DNA of 64,000 bases from a virus (taxonomy: Duplodnaviria; Caudoviricetes): the IMG/VR virus record IMGVR_UViG_3300021958_000057, positions 1,103 to 65,102 of that record; one strand, written 5' to 3'. Position 1 is the stretch's first letter. Each line of letters begins with the position of its first letter. Below the pieces are notes generated by a model. It saw only the letters and a program-made list of their open reading frames with translations. It did not search any database and was not told where the DNA came from. The translations under genes were made by a program, and so were the position numbers. Positions 53,031 to 62,913 of this stretch are shown here, piece by piece.

Positions 53031-55256
53031 TTAGCCTCCTACCTCTGTAAAGCTTACCCCAGTCCTAACTGCGATAAAGTTAAGTGTTATGAAGTTGATA
53101 GACCTTGCTGGTTTGATAAAGATGTCTGCAACAAATTCGTTTCTGTCAATGACTTCTCCAGTATTATTTGTTCCATCTGCAACAACAGAGAAATCTGTAA
53201 TACCTCGTCTACCTTGTATATCCCTCAAGAAAGGTTCTACTAAGTTTCTAAATTGTGCTCTTGTAAATTCATCATTAAACTCAAAGAGTTGAAACTTAGC
53301 TGCAGTTGCAATTGCTTTTTCTAGAAGTAAGAATAATCGTCTTACGTTAATTCTATCAAACGCACTTGGTTTTGTCAATGCAGTTTTATCTCCAAAGAGT
53401 ACAACACCTTGGCCTGGAAAGTTAACTACTGGGTTAACCCTTGCTTTGTATAGTTGATCTCTTTCTGCCTTTGTAGGGTTGTAAGATAACTTAACTGCAC
53501 CTCTAACATTTCCTCTGTTAAATCCAGCAGGAGAAAAGAAACTATCTGCAACTTGGTCTGTAAATGCACAAAGTCCAGCAGTATCTCCGTTCAATGGAAC
53601 AAATCTATATACATCAGAATACTTATCGTACATATATTTGTAACCACTATCAAAAACCATGTATGATGAACTTGGACAAGTATTGAAACCATCAACAACA
53701 TTCTTCGTTGCATCTATTGATTGAGCAACACCAACTGTAGCAGCACGATATGGAGAAACAAATCCCACACAATCTCTACGAGTTTCACACAATGAAGTAA
53801 TCATTGTTACATGAGTATCCATTGCAGCTTCTGTGTCTGCGACAATACTTGATGAACCACCAAGAATTAAATTAACATCAAGTGACTCTGTATCTTCAAA
53901 CCTATCATATGCAAGTTCAAGTTCTCCAGCAGTAGTTGAATAGTCATCTGTTCCACCAGTTAATGTAGAAACGTCAACACCAGATACTAATGTGTAATCA
54001 GTACCAGATGCAATATCTGTTCCCCAGTTAGAACCAGCAGATAGATGGTCTGTCCAGTATATAAACCTTGACTGTGCAAAGATTACATCTGAATAATAGT
54101 TGTTAGAACCTTGTGCAGTTTTAGCATTAGGGTTCTTTGACATATTTGGAAATACTTCCATTACTGATTGTGTTCTTTGTCCAGCAACACCAACAGCAAA
54201 ACCTGTGATATCACCAACTGTGTCATATACAGCAACATGGATTTCATCTTGTTCTCCACGAGCATTTGCAGTAGACCATGCTGATGTGCCTGGAGGGCCA
54301 TCAAATAAATCAGAAAATCTCCAACGTCTTGTAATAAGTGAATTGTCTGGAATGATTGTTTGTAAACCACCACCAGCAGGGTCATCAAGTAAACGAATTG
54401 TTAAATCTTCACCAGAAACAGCTGTTACTTCGTACTCTTGACCTTTTGATTCTACGTTTGTTCCACCAGATGCAGCGAATACAAGAGGTATGTCGTTTGC
54501 AACTGTAATTGCTTTGTCAAGAACAACAACTGTTTGTGAAGTAACAGATGCAATTTTAACAACTACATCTCCGTCTGATATACCAGCACCAATTACTCTT
54601 TGTCCAACTGCAAGTGTACCAGAAACTCCGTCAACTGTCAAAGTTTTAGAAGCGACTGTGATTGCACCATTAACTGTTGCAACAATAGCTGAAGCAGTTT
54701 GAAAAGAAATGATATCACCAACTGCAATTGTGGCATCAGTTGCATCTTGGTCATCAACTGTAATTTGTAAGTCACCAACTGCACCAGCACCATTTACTAA
54801 GTTCAATGAACCTAATGGTTGTGCAAATGCTCTTGCACTTGAACAGATATCAACACCAATTCCGTTACCATGTGTTCCAGCAGTCCTTGCGGCCCACTCT
54901 CCATGAGAACCAGAACCATCTTGAAAGTCTGATTGATAGTGGTCATCATCTCTGATAAGTATACCAGAGTCTGCACCAGCATTTAATATGGCACTCTCTG
55001 CTCTTACTACTTTTAAATTATCTGCATACTGTAGAAAGTTTGCGGCGGTAAAAAATGTTTCAAACTGATTACCAGTTGTTTGTGGTTTACCGAATATTTG
55101 TACCAGTTGTTCTTCTGACGTAATTGTAGTTACAGAAGATACTGGGCCTTTTTCAAATGCGCCTGCAATTGCACCAATAGATGTTGCAACAGCTGGAACG
55201 ACATTTGTTAAATCTATTTCTCTGACATTAACGCCAGGGGAAACTAAAAATGACAT
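53031..55256 (-). CDS. gp18: Tail sheath protein gp18
   Basis: SPGVNVREID, FSPAGFNRG, FDRINVRRLF, IKPARSINFITLNF. Confidence 0.98.
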   Translation of the reverse strand: MSFLVSPGVNVREIDLTNVVPAVATSIGAIAGAFEKGPVSSVTTITSEEQLVQIFGKPQTTGNQFETFFTAANFLQYADNLKVVRAESAILNAGADSGILIRDDDHYQSDFQDGSGSHGEWAARTAGTHGNGIGVDICSSARAFAQPLGSLNLVNGAGAVGDLQITVDDQDATDATIAVGDIISFQTASAIVATVNGAITVASKTLTVDGVSGTLAVGQRVIGAGISDGDVVVKIASVTSQTVVVLDKAITVANDIPLVFAASGGTNVESKGQEYEVTAVSGEDLTIRLLDDPAGGGLQTIIPDNSLITRRWRFSDLFDGPPGTSAWSTANARGEQDEIHVAVYDTVGDITGFAVGVAGQRTQSVMEVFPNMSKNPNAKTAQGSNNYYSDVIFAQSRFIYWTDHLSAGSNWGTDIASGTDYTLVSGVDVSTLTGGTDDYSTTAGELELAYDRFEDTESLDVNLILGGSSSIVADTEAAMDTHVTMITSLCETRRDCVGFVSPYRAATVGVAQSIDATKNVVDGFNTCPSSSYMVFDSGYKYMYDKYSDVYRFVPLNGDTAGLCAFTDQVADSFFSPAGFNRGNVRGAVKLSYNPTKAERDQLYKARVNPVVNFPGQGVVLFGDKTALTKPSAFDRINVRRLFLLLEKAIATAAKFQLFEFNDEFTRAQFRNLVEPFLRDIQGRRGITDFSVVADGTNNTGEVIDRNEFVADIFIKPARSINFITLNFIAVRTGVSFTEVGG

Positions 55257-55298
55257 GATTTTTGCTCCTTAATTTGAGATATTACTCTTATTTCCTAG

Positions 55299-55306
55299 TA
55301 TTTATA
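55299..55306 (-). promoter_or_regulatory. Late promoter for gp18
   Basis: Exact TATAAATA. Confidence 0.8.
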
Positions 55307-55349
55307 AAAATCAAGTTTCTAAAAACCCATTTTTATATGTTACAAAACT

Positions 55350-55357
55350 TATAAATA
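55350..55357 (+). promoter_or_regulatory. Late promoter on the plus strand
   Basis: Exact TATAAATA ending 5 nt before the ATG at 55363. Confidence 0.7.
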
Positions 55358-55362
55358 ACCTT

Positions 55363-55662
55363 ATGACAACACATTATGAGAAGTATAAAGAAACTATCAA
55401 AAAGGTGGCTCGTAGAAATTACCGAAAAAGAGTTGCATGGTTAAACAATCGTCTTGCAGAGGAATCTTGTATTCATTGTGGAGAGAGTGAAACAGTATGT
55501 CTTAAACTTTATCCACATGATATAGAGATTCGTAAACAAGCAAAACGAGTTGGTACAAATGATGAAAGTAGAAAAGAAGTTTACAAATTAATGGATGAAT
55601 GTAAAGTTGTTTGTTCTAATTGTTGGATTAAACTTGACAACGATTTAATTGAATTTCTTTAA
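55363..55662 (+). CDS. HNH-endonuclease-like Zn-binding protein, apparently degenerate
   Basis: CIHCGE...CKVVCSNC; the only supported plus-strand gene; has its own late promoter. Confidence 0.6.
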   Translation: MTTHYEKYKETIKKVARRNYRKRVAWLNNRLAEESCIHCGESETVCLKLYPHDIEIRKQAKRVGTNDESRKEVYKLMDECKVVCSNCWIKLDNDLIEFL

Positions 55663-55783
55663 TTATTTTTTTTCTTTCCTCATCTGTGTACTTAGTCCAC
55701 ATGGTTATTTCTTCAGTTGTTCTATAACAACCAATACACATACTATCTATAAGTTTACAGATTTTGATACAAGGACTTTCCAT
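55628..55783 (-). CDS. DUF1289-like small Cys-rich protein (51 aa)
   Basis: Manual translation MESPCIKICKLIDSMCIGCYRTTEEITMW...; TAATG-coupled to gp17; not in the ORF track. Confidence 0.7.
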   Translation of the reverse strand: MESPCIKICKLIDSMCIGCYRTTEEITMWTKYTDEERKKIIKEIQLNRCQV

Positions 55784-57426
55784 TACCAATTGGTATCATG
55801 GGTTCTAACTATTGGACTCCATCTTGTACCATATTCATCAACAGCCTCACCTATATTTTCATCTTCTAAACCATTGATGACAAAACCAAAAGGAGCCATA
55901 TCTTGTTCTAGTTGGTCTTGACTTTCTTTATACATTTGTTCTCGTATATCATTGTTTGTAAGTTCTTTAAAATAAGTTTGGTCTGTACACCAACCAAAGA
56001 TAAACAAACAAGCAACCATATCATCATTACAACCATCATCTGCTTCAAATGATGAACCCTTTACAATAAATGTAGATAGTTCGTTGATTGTATCAAAGTC
56101 TTCTACTATAAGTTTGTTATCTTCTACTAATTGTTTTAGATTAGAACAACCTATCTTTTTTACTGCCTTTGTTGTTCTCACACCTAACTGAGCTCTACCA
56201 CCAGAGAAACCACCACCAAGTATTTGACCAGCACGACCTCTCATAGATGCCATAATCATATTATCATATTCCATATCATATTGCATTGCATTTGCAACTT
56301 GTTCTCCAATATCATTGACTTCTACTAAAACAAATGCAGTATTATATGCTTTTGCAATTTGATGTATTCTTTGTGGAAAGAGTAAAGGTTTTATTTCATT
56401 ATCTCTAAACTTTGCAACTATTTTATAGGGAACAGATGTAACATCAAAAACGATAAACGCAGAGTAATCATTTGATGTTCCTCTAGATACATCAGCAGTT
56501 AATAGATATGTGTGTTCTGGTTGTGGTTGTTCAAATATATCAACACCAGCATTAGATTGTATTGGTGTCCTATATGTTAATCGTCTTAGTGTTGATGGAG
56601 ATATCAAAGTATCTATAGAACCTAGAAACTCACACTCAAACTCTGTGTTAAATTGTTGTTCACTTGTATTTGCAATAGTTTCTTTTTTCCATTTTTCATC
56701 ACGGCCTGGAACTTCTGACCAATGAACCTCAATAGGTATATAACTATTTCGTTTTTCTTCTGCATCTGTCCATATTTTATAGAACATATTCATACCATGT
56801 GGAGTACTAACAATCATTACTTTTGTAGACTTACCAGAAGAAATCGTAGGATATACAGAACTAAAAAATTGTTCTGCAACATTTGATGGCACATATGCAA
56901 ATTCGTCTAAGAAAATAATATTATAACTACCACCTCTAACGGCACTAGCACTAGTAGAACTTGCAAGTATCTTTGAACCATTTTCTAACTCCAAACTTCC
57001 TTTGTTCCAAGACATGACTCCTTGTTGCAACCACTTTGGTAGATGTTCGTATGCAAGTTGTAGTCTTCCTAATAAATCTCTCGCAGTTGCAGCTTTGTTT
57101 GCAAGTATAGCAATATTTACACTAGGATTAAATAATGCATAGTGTAATAGATAAGATATCATTGTTGTAGATTTACCAGACTGTCTGGGTAGTTTACAAA
57201 TAGTAAAACGATTTTTATGAAATGTACCGACCATCTCTTTTTGAAATGGATACATCTTAAAAGGTATTAAACCCTCATCAAGTGATACAATTCTTACATA
57301 ATTCTGTATGAAGTACAGAGGGTCTTCCATGCATCTTGAATATTCAAGGAGTTGTTTCTTTGTCCATTCTTGTTGAACATTCGCTCGCTTGAGATTAGGA
57401 TTTCCAAGATATGTAGCATCACTCAT
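55783..57426 (-). CDS. gp17: Terminase large subunit gp17
   Basis: PRQSGKST, IFLDEFA, STPHGMN, DVSRG, DDMV. Confidence 0.98.
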   Translation of the reverse strand: MSDATYLGNPNLKRANVQQEWTKKQLLEYSRCMEDPLYFIQNYVRIVSLDEGLIPFKMYPFQKEMVGTFHKNRFTICKLPRQSGKSTTMISYLLHYALFNPSVNIAILANKAATARDLLGRLQLAYEHLPKWLQQGVMSWNKGSLELENGSKILASSTSASAVRGGSYNIIFLDEFAYVPSNVAEQFFSSVYPTISSGKSTKVMIVSTPHGMNMFYKIWTDAEEKRNSYIPIEVHWSEVPGRDEKWKKETIANTSEQQFNTEFECEFLGSIDTLISPSTLRRLTYRTPIQSNAGVDIFEQPQPEHTYLLTADVSRGTSNDYSAFIVFDVTSVPYKIVAKFRDNEIKPLLFPQRIHQIAKAYNTAFVLVEVNDIGEQVANAMQYDMEYDNMIMASMRGRAGQILGGGFSGGRAQLGVRTTKAVKKIGCSNLKQLVEDNKLIVEDFDTINELSTFIVKGSSFEADDGCNDDMVACLFIFGWCTDQTYFKELTNNDIREQMYKESQDQLEQDMAPFGFVINGLEDENIGEAVDEYGTRWSPIVRTHDTNW

Positions 57427-57835
57427 TACTCTTACCTTTTAGCATCTTCTGGAGTTCAGCAGTTGAACCAACAAACAATGCATTAGTGACACTCTTGGGT
57501 GCAGAATTAGGAACTTCTTTAAGTTTTCGCATCTTCTCTTGTAAGTCACCTAACTTCTCCGTAACCTCAGCCACTTGTTTAATGAGATTTCCAGCAACCT
57601 CATAGGTTCTAGGATGGTCAGACTCTTTTGCAATTTCTAGTATACCCTCAATTGCATCTTGACCTCGTTCAACAAGATTGTAGAAATTTTCTCGTTGGTA
57701 TTTATAATCATTGTCTATGTCATCTTCATTTGTAGATGGTTTTAAAACAACTTTTTTTGTAGTTGCTTTTTTCAATTCTTCCTCTACTGGGTCAATAACA
57801 CCTAATGCTTTGTCAATGATATTATCCGTATCCAT
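57419..57835 (-). CDS. gp16: Terminase small subunit gp16
   Basis: DYKYQRENFY, HPRTYEVAGNLIK, NALFVGSTAELQK. Confidence 0.93.
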   Translation of the reverse strand: MDTDNIIDKALGVIDPVEEELKKATTKKVVLKPSTNEDDIDNDYKYQRENFYNLVERGQDAIEGILEIAKESDHPRTYEVAGNLIKQVAEVTEKLGDLQEKMRKLKEVPNSAPKSVTNALFVGSTAELQKMLKGKSNE

Positions 57836-57837
57836 AA

Positions 57838-58650
57838 TTAGGTTACTTTATCTTCACCACTTACTGGGTCAAAGGTTTTTGCATCTTCAAAGAAAGAACT
57901 TGTTTCATTGAAACCAAAATCATCATCTGCATCAGCGGTGCCTGGATTAGGTGATACTGAATATCTTTGTTCTCTGGTTGGAGAAACTTCTGGTAAGTTT
58001 GCAAATTGGTCAACTTGAACTGTCTTGATAATCTTAGATGAAGTAACTGGGCCATAGAGATAAAACTTAGTGGTAAATGAAAGTGTGTAGATTATTGCTC
58101 TACGAGTTTCAAAGTCACCTTGATAATTATCCTCATATCCAACACTATTCAAAATAATAGGAACATCTCTTTTGATACCCATATCTGTCATGTCATTTAT
58201 TGTCAGAGTATAGTCTGGTTGAAAGTATGGTAGTATTTGTTCTACAATTTGTAATGCATCATCAGAGTTTTTTGCCATTGCAAACAAATCAATATCCATA
58301 TTATATGGAACAGGCATAAACTGTGTATCTAATTTATTTGCATCTGCACTATCTGCTTTTACTTTTTTAAATTTTTGTACACGATTTAATTTTCTTGCAG
58401 TATCATAAGAAAGAGAACCAATCTCAAACCCAAGTCTAGGTAAAGTTATTGCAACTTTATTTGCTTGGGCTGGGTCTGTGTCCAGTCGTGTCAAGTATTT
58501 TTGTTTTGGGCCATATGCTAATGGCACTTTCATTTTTTGTGTAATCACACCACTATTATTCTTACGAACAATGTTTATATTATTAAACATAGTTCCAAAA
58601 GCAACTATGACGTTTCTAACTGTTTCGTGATAAAATTGTTGTCCTAACAT
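57838..58650 (-). CDS. gp15: Tail sheath stabilizer/terminator gp15
   Basis: FYHETVR...FGTMFN, VPLAYGPKQK, LPRLGFE, EQILPYFQP. Confidence 0.95.
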   Translation of the reverse strand: MLGQQFYHETVRNVIVAFGTMFNNINIVRKNNSGVITQKMKVPLAYGPKQKYLTRLDTDPAQANKVAITLPRLGFEIGSLSYDTARKLNRVQKFKKVKADSADANKLDTQFMPVPYNMDIDLFAMAKNSDDALQIVEQILPYFQPDYTLTINDMTDMGIKRDVPIILNSVGYEDNYQGDFETRRAIIYTLSFTTKFYLYGPVTSSKIIKTVQVDQFANLPEVSPTREQRYSVSPNPGTADADDDFGFNETSSFFEDAKTFDPVSGEDKVT

Positions 58651-59663
58651 TATTTACTCCCAACATCACCAAATGGATTTGTTTCTGAAAAATCCAATAC
58701 TGTATCATCAAGTGTATCAAATAGTTCATTCTGATTTGTAGTGTCCGTACTTTGGTCACCTACTATATAGTCTTCTTGAATAAGGTATGATGCATCACCA
58801 GTATCGGCTGCATTTTCTAATAATATACTTTCTCCAGCAGATGTTGTATCATCTTCACCGATTATATTATCTCCATCAGTTTCTTCTAATAATAAATCAG
58901 TACTAAACTGTGTAGGAAATTCAAGTTGAATATTCTCATTGTAAGTAGTTGTTTGTTCTAAAGTAAACTGATACTGTAAAGTATCTAAAGACTCAGTTCC
59001 CTCTATCTCGTCAATAGTTGTAATACCAGTATCAATCTCTTCTGAACTGTACTCAAACTGCTTACATCTTATTTTATATACTGGGTTATTGTCTAGTTGA
59101 TAAAATGGTTCATCATGGTCTACAAAATTAATCTCAAACATTCTTGCAAGAACTGGGTGATAAACTAAATCACCCTCTTGTGGTCTGTCTGCATCTGTAG
59201 AAGCTGTGTCTTGTAAAACATAAAAGTTATTATCACCTTGTATACTTGTAAGTTCAGAAGAATTTTCTGATTGGTCTATACTTCCAGTTTCTAAAAGAAT
59301 ACCACCCCCAGTAGTATCTGTTCCACTTTCAATAACAATCTGACTATCCATCTCTTGAAATCGTTCTTTAGAAACTACGAATGTAATCTCATTACGATTC
59401 TCTAAACCAAATTGTGTGATGATTTCTTTATCTCCACCAAATCCCTCTGCATCTTCTATATACATTTCTATTGGTGTTTGTTTAGTAAACTTAGAAAGAC
59501 TTTCTTCTCCAAGAACATTGTCCAAAGCAACTGTATCACGATTAATATAATATACATCATGTCCGTATATCTGCACAGCTTCTTTGATTAAGTTTTGATA
59601 TAAACTTCTTTCTGTTGCTATTGAGTGAAAGTTACTTGTGTGAAATGCCTTGTTGACAGCCAT
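58650..59663 (-). CDS. gp14: Neck protein gp14 with acidic insertions
   Basis: IYGHDVYY, GFGGDKEIITQFGLE, EGDLVYHP, EPFYQL, NPFG. Confidence 0.93.
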   Translation of the reverse strand: MAVNKAFHTSNFHSIATERSLYQNLIKEAVQIYGHDVYYINRDTVALDNVLGEESLSKFTKQTPIEMYIEDAEGFGGDKEIITQFGLENRNEITFVVSKERFQEMDSQIVIESGTDTTGGGILLETGSIDQSENSSELTSIQGDNNFYVLQDTASTDADRPQEGDLVYHPVLARMFEINFVDHDEPFYQLDNNPVYKIRCKQFEYSSEEIDTGITTIDEIEGTESLDTLQYQFTLEQTTTYNENIQLEFPTQFSTDLLLEETDGDNIIGEDDTTSAGESILLENAADTGDASYLIQEDYIVGDQSTDTTNQNELFDTLDDTVLDFSETNPFGDVGSK

Positions 59664-59667
59664 GGCA

Positions 59668-60483
59668 TTAACCCATGCCGAACATCATAGGTGGAGAATT
59701 AGTTATTGATATTAACTCTTCTAACTTTTCTATTTCTTCTTGTGCTTGTGAGTAGATAGTTTCACCATTCATAGTTACACCACCTAACATTGTAACACCA
59801 TTAAACTTAGAAAGGTTTGCACCCCATTGTCTTTTAATCAATGCAGTTGCATATCTTTTTAAATGCATATCATTAAAAATGTCTGAATATGTTGTTGGGT
59901 CTATTTTTCTATAACACTCTATAATTAGAAACTCTCCAGCAGTTATATCATTTGACCAATCCATATCTATGTATAAACGATTTTGGTGTTGGTTGAATCT
60001 TAAAGGTTTTTCTCCAACAAGAATGTGTGAAAGAAAATCTAAATGTTGCATTGTCATTTGATAATGTAAAATTGATGTAGAACTAAAATCATACAAGTCA
60101 TTTAATCTAAGTTGATATCTTATGTCAAACATATTGTTTGTTGCTTTATCATCAAAAGGAAATATGTTTACTATAGAAACAACAGCATCTGGTATAGGTA
60201 TAAAATTATTTGCTTCTTGAAATGTTGAAGTTATACTACTGTCTTTTGTATCAGTTACAGAAGTAGATGTATTTCCAGAAGCTCTTGTAATATCATCAGC
60301 AGTTACTTGATATTTTAAATACATCAACTCAATACCATCATAGTGATACTGTGCAAAGAACTGTAATGCTTCGTCAATTCTATCGTCAATCTGGTCATCA
60401 GATACATTTATATCTATAACTCCAAAACCTAAAGACCTAAGACAATAGTTTTTAAAAGTTGTTCTTGAACTTGGTACTGCCAT
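59668..60483 (-). CDS. gp13: Neck protein gp13
   Basis: YCLRSLG..VIDINV..DQIDDRIDEA, KRQWGANLSKF..GGVTMNG. Confidence 0.96.
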   Translation of the reverse strand: MAVPSSRTTFKNYCLRSLGFGVIDINVSDDQIDDRIDEALQFFAQYHYDGIELMYLKYQVTADDITRASGNTSTSVTDTKDSSITSTFQEANNFIPIPDAVVSIVNIFPFDDKATNNMFDIRYQLRLNDLYDFSSTSILHYQMTMQHLDFLSHILVGEKPLRFNQHQNRLYIDMDWSNDITAGEFLIIECYRKIDPTTYSDIFNDMHLKRYATALIKRQWGANLSKFNGVTMLGGVTMNGETIYSQAQEEIEKLEELISITNSPPMMFGMG

Positions 60484-60492
60484 TTGTTATCC

Positions 60493-60876
60493 TTAACTTG
60501 GTTTTGTAGGCCATGTTACATTACCTAAAGTTGAACCATACTCTCCATCCCAAGTTGGATTTGTATTATTTGTTGGCATATCTCTAAGAGCTTGCCTATA
60601 AGTTTTCCATGCACTTGACATTGTAACATCAGAGTTAGCTCTCCAATCTGACTCTGCAATTAACATATCTCTTTGTCTGCGTAGTTCAGTCATTGGTTCT
60701 GTTTGTATTAATGCTGTTAGTTTATCTGATATATCTGACTTTGAAATTTCACTTGTTCCCTCTAACCATTTTATTTCACAAGTATCAATTTCATTTCCTT
60801 TTACCGACACTTTAGCATCTGGATTTATTGATAATATAGCTCGTGCTATTCTTCCTGCCGTTGATTCTATTGCCAT
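60493..60876 (-). CDS. Tail-fibre assembly chaperone-like protein
   Basis: LRRQRDMLIAESDW...WKTYRQALRDMP...WPTKP. Confidence 0.75.
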   Translation of the reverse strand: MAIESTAGRIARAILSINPDAKVSVKGNEIDTCEIKWLEGTSEISKSDISDKLTALIQTEPMTELRRQRDMLIAESDWRANSDVTMSSAWKTYRQALRDMPTNNTNPTWDGEYGSTLGNVTWPTKPS

Positions 60877-61607
60877 TATCCTATCTCCATCAAAGTCATT
60901 TCAGTTGGATGAGTACCACCTATTGTATTAACTTCTACAGTACCACCAGAACCTGTAGCGAAACATAAATTATATGTAACTTCACTTGTTGTCATAGGCG
61001 AATCAAGTATCATGTTTGTAGAGGATTGATAATTGTTTACAGAACTACCAGATGCAGGGCCTTCGTAATATTGATTTTTTGCTTCACCAGCAAATACACC
61101 ATCAGTAAGTGGGCCTCTATATACAGCAACTTTCAAAATACCACTAGAACCACCACCATGAATATCACCAGATAATCTTGAAAAAATCATAATTTTACTA
61201 TGAGTGCTTCTTGGAGTAATTTTTGCTTCCATTACTTCTTCTAAAGCAGTATCAGTTTTTGCAATTGCTGTTCTATGTTGAGCTCTAATTACTTGAAGAA
61301 CAGTTCCAGTTGGTAATCTAAATGAAGCGGCATCATTAGTACCATCTTCAAATAAAATATTACTACCATCATTAGATGCAGAACCATCTGTCGCATTTAA
61401 TAAAAAGTTTTCTCCAACATCAGTTCCAGCTGCAGAAGCATCTAATAAAATTCTATCTAAACTATTACCAACAATATCTGTTCCAGCTGTAATACCATTT
61501 GTTACTACCAAATCTGCAACAGTAAATGCAGTAGTTGTACTATCTACCTTTGCAGAGGTAATAGCATCATCTGCAATTGCATCTGTTCCTATTGTACTTA
61601 ATGCCAT
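60876..61607 (-). CDS. Short tail-fibre/receptor-binding-like protein
   Basis: IGTDAIADDAITSAK N-terminus, an acidic motif block and a PTGTVLQV...ITP..T.SKI...MTLMEIG tip; followed by a chaperone gene. Confidence 0.6.
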   Translation of the reverse strand: MALSTIGTDAIADDAITSAKVDSTTTAFTVADLVVTNGITAGTDIVGNSLDRILLDASAAGTDVGENFLLNATDGSASNDGSNILFEDGTNDAASFRLPTGTVLQVIRAQHRTAIAKTDTALEEVMEAKITPRSTHSKIMIFSRLSGDIHGGGSSGILKVAVYRGPLTDGVFAGEAKNQYYEGPASGSSVNNYQSSTNMILDSPMTTSEVTYNLCFATGSGGTVEVNTIGGTHPTEMTLMEIG

Positions 61608-61636
61608 TTATAACTCTCCTCAATTTATTATATCTC

Positions 61637-61644
61637 TATTTATA
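61637..61644 (-). promoter_or_regulatory. T4-type late promoter
   Basis: Exact TATAAATA, then a GAGGAG SD. Confidence 0.8.
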
Positions 61645-61652
61645 AGAACTAT

Positions 61653-62285
61653 TTATTCATAATTATAAGCAAGACTAATTCTTAAATTATCACTTTCTTC
61701 TTTTTCTACAGAGTGTTCTACATACCCTCTGAATATTAATAACTTACCTTTTTCTGGATAATAAGTTGCTCTACCAGAAGCACCATAATCACTATCGTAT
61801 GATATTGGATACTGTTCTTGTGTAGGACTTTTAAAGTATGTTTTTGCGTTTATTGCCCTATCAGAACTTAAATAATATATTGCAGATATTATACATGGGT
61901 GATTGTGATATTCTTGATAATCTCCCTTTTCATATATATTAAACCAACCATCTTTTTCTAAAGGGATATATCTTTCTCCTTTTAACTTTATACCTAAAAA
62001 ATCTATATATTGTTGTACTTGACTATCTACCCATTGATTTAGTTTCTGAAATTTTTTATCTTTATATACACTATGATTAGTTGTGCTTGTATTGTATGTA
62101 GGAGCCAACCAATCACGACCACCAGATTTTACTGTTTCTCTAATATGTAAACAATGTTCTCTTAGTTCTTCCTCTATCTCATCATGTTCTGTATTAAATA
62201 CAACTCCTATATTTGTAGGAAACATATGTTGACACGCAATTCTTTTTAAATTTTGTTTAAAAAAATCTATTGTTTCTTCACTCAT
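61653..62285 (-). CDS. Putative 2OG-Fe(II) oxygenase
   Basis: WFNIYEKGDYQEYHNHP...SAIYYL...LLIFRGYVEHSV...RISLAYN; start set at MSEE (62285). Confidence 0.75.
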   Translation of the reverse strand: MSEETIDFFKQNLKRIACQHMFPTNIGVVFNTEHDEIEEELREHCLHIRETVKSGGRDWLAPTYNTSTTNHSVYKDKKFQKLNQWVDSQVQQYIDFLGIKLKGERYIPLEKDGWFNIYEKGDYQEYHNHPCIISAIYYLSSDRAINAKTYFKSPTQEQYPISYDSDYGASGRATYYPEKGKLLIFRGYVEHSVEKEESDNLRISLAYNYE

Positions 62286-62913
62286 TATTATCACCTCTTG
62301 GTCTTAAAATCATATTCATTGATATAGAACGTCTTTCGCCTTCTCCATAAAAAGGATAAGCTGTGTGTCTTAGGTGGTGTGGAAAAATATACAAATCTCC
62401 AACTTTTGGTTGTCGTGTTAAACTTGAGTGACACATAAATCCATCTCCACCATATACAAAATCAATGTATCCCTCTGTTGTTGTCTTCTCTGGATTTCTT
62501 GTATTTTTATCTGATATCGTTGGTGGTATTTTTGTATATAGTATACAACTATAATCACATCTATCATGTATATGACTTGGATTATAATCACAATCAAAAC
62601 TTCTTACAAACCATGATGTAGTAACACACATTACTTGTTCTGCATATGGTTTAGGTTCTAAACCTCTAATTGTATTCCATTCGTTATTATATTCAGAAAA
62701 AAATGTATTTAATTGTTTACTCATGTAAGCACCAAACATGGGAAACATTTCTATATTTAATGTAGTTTCTTCGGCGACATGACCAACCAATCTGTGGGAA
62801 TGGTCTTCTTTTTCTGACATAGAATCAAAACCATCATTCAATTGGTTTATTATTATTTCTGGAACTTTTGTGTAATATATTCTAGGGCCGAAAGGTCTAA
62901 TTATTTCATGCAT
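62278..62913 (-). CDS. Putative 2OG-Fe(II) oxygenase
   Basis: YNPSHIHD...SCILY...DLYIFPHHLRHTAYPF...RRSISMN; start set at MHEIIRPF (62913). Confidence 0.75.
   Translation of the reverse strand: MHEIIRPFGPRIYYTKVPEIIINQLNDGFDSMSEKEDHSHRLVGHVAEETTLNIEMFPMFGAYMSKQLNTFFSEYNNEWNTIRGLEPKPYAEQVMCVTTSWFVRSFDCDYNPSHIHDRCDYSCILYTKIPPTISDKNTRNPEKTTTEGYIDFVYGGDGFMCHSSLTRQPKVGDLYIFPHHLRHTAYPFYGEGERRSISMNMILRPRGDNNE

Noticed and set aside
55649-55921. 90-aa plus-strand ORF after the HNH-like gene
   Set aside because: Antisense to gp17 and the DUF1289-like gene, with no motif or SD.
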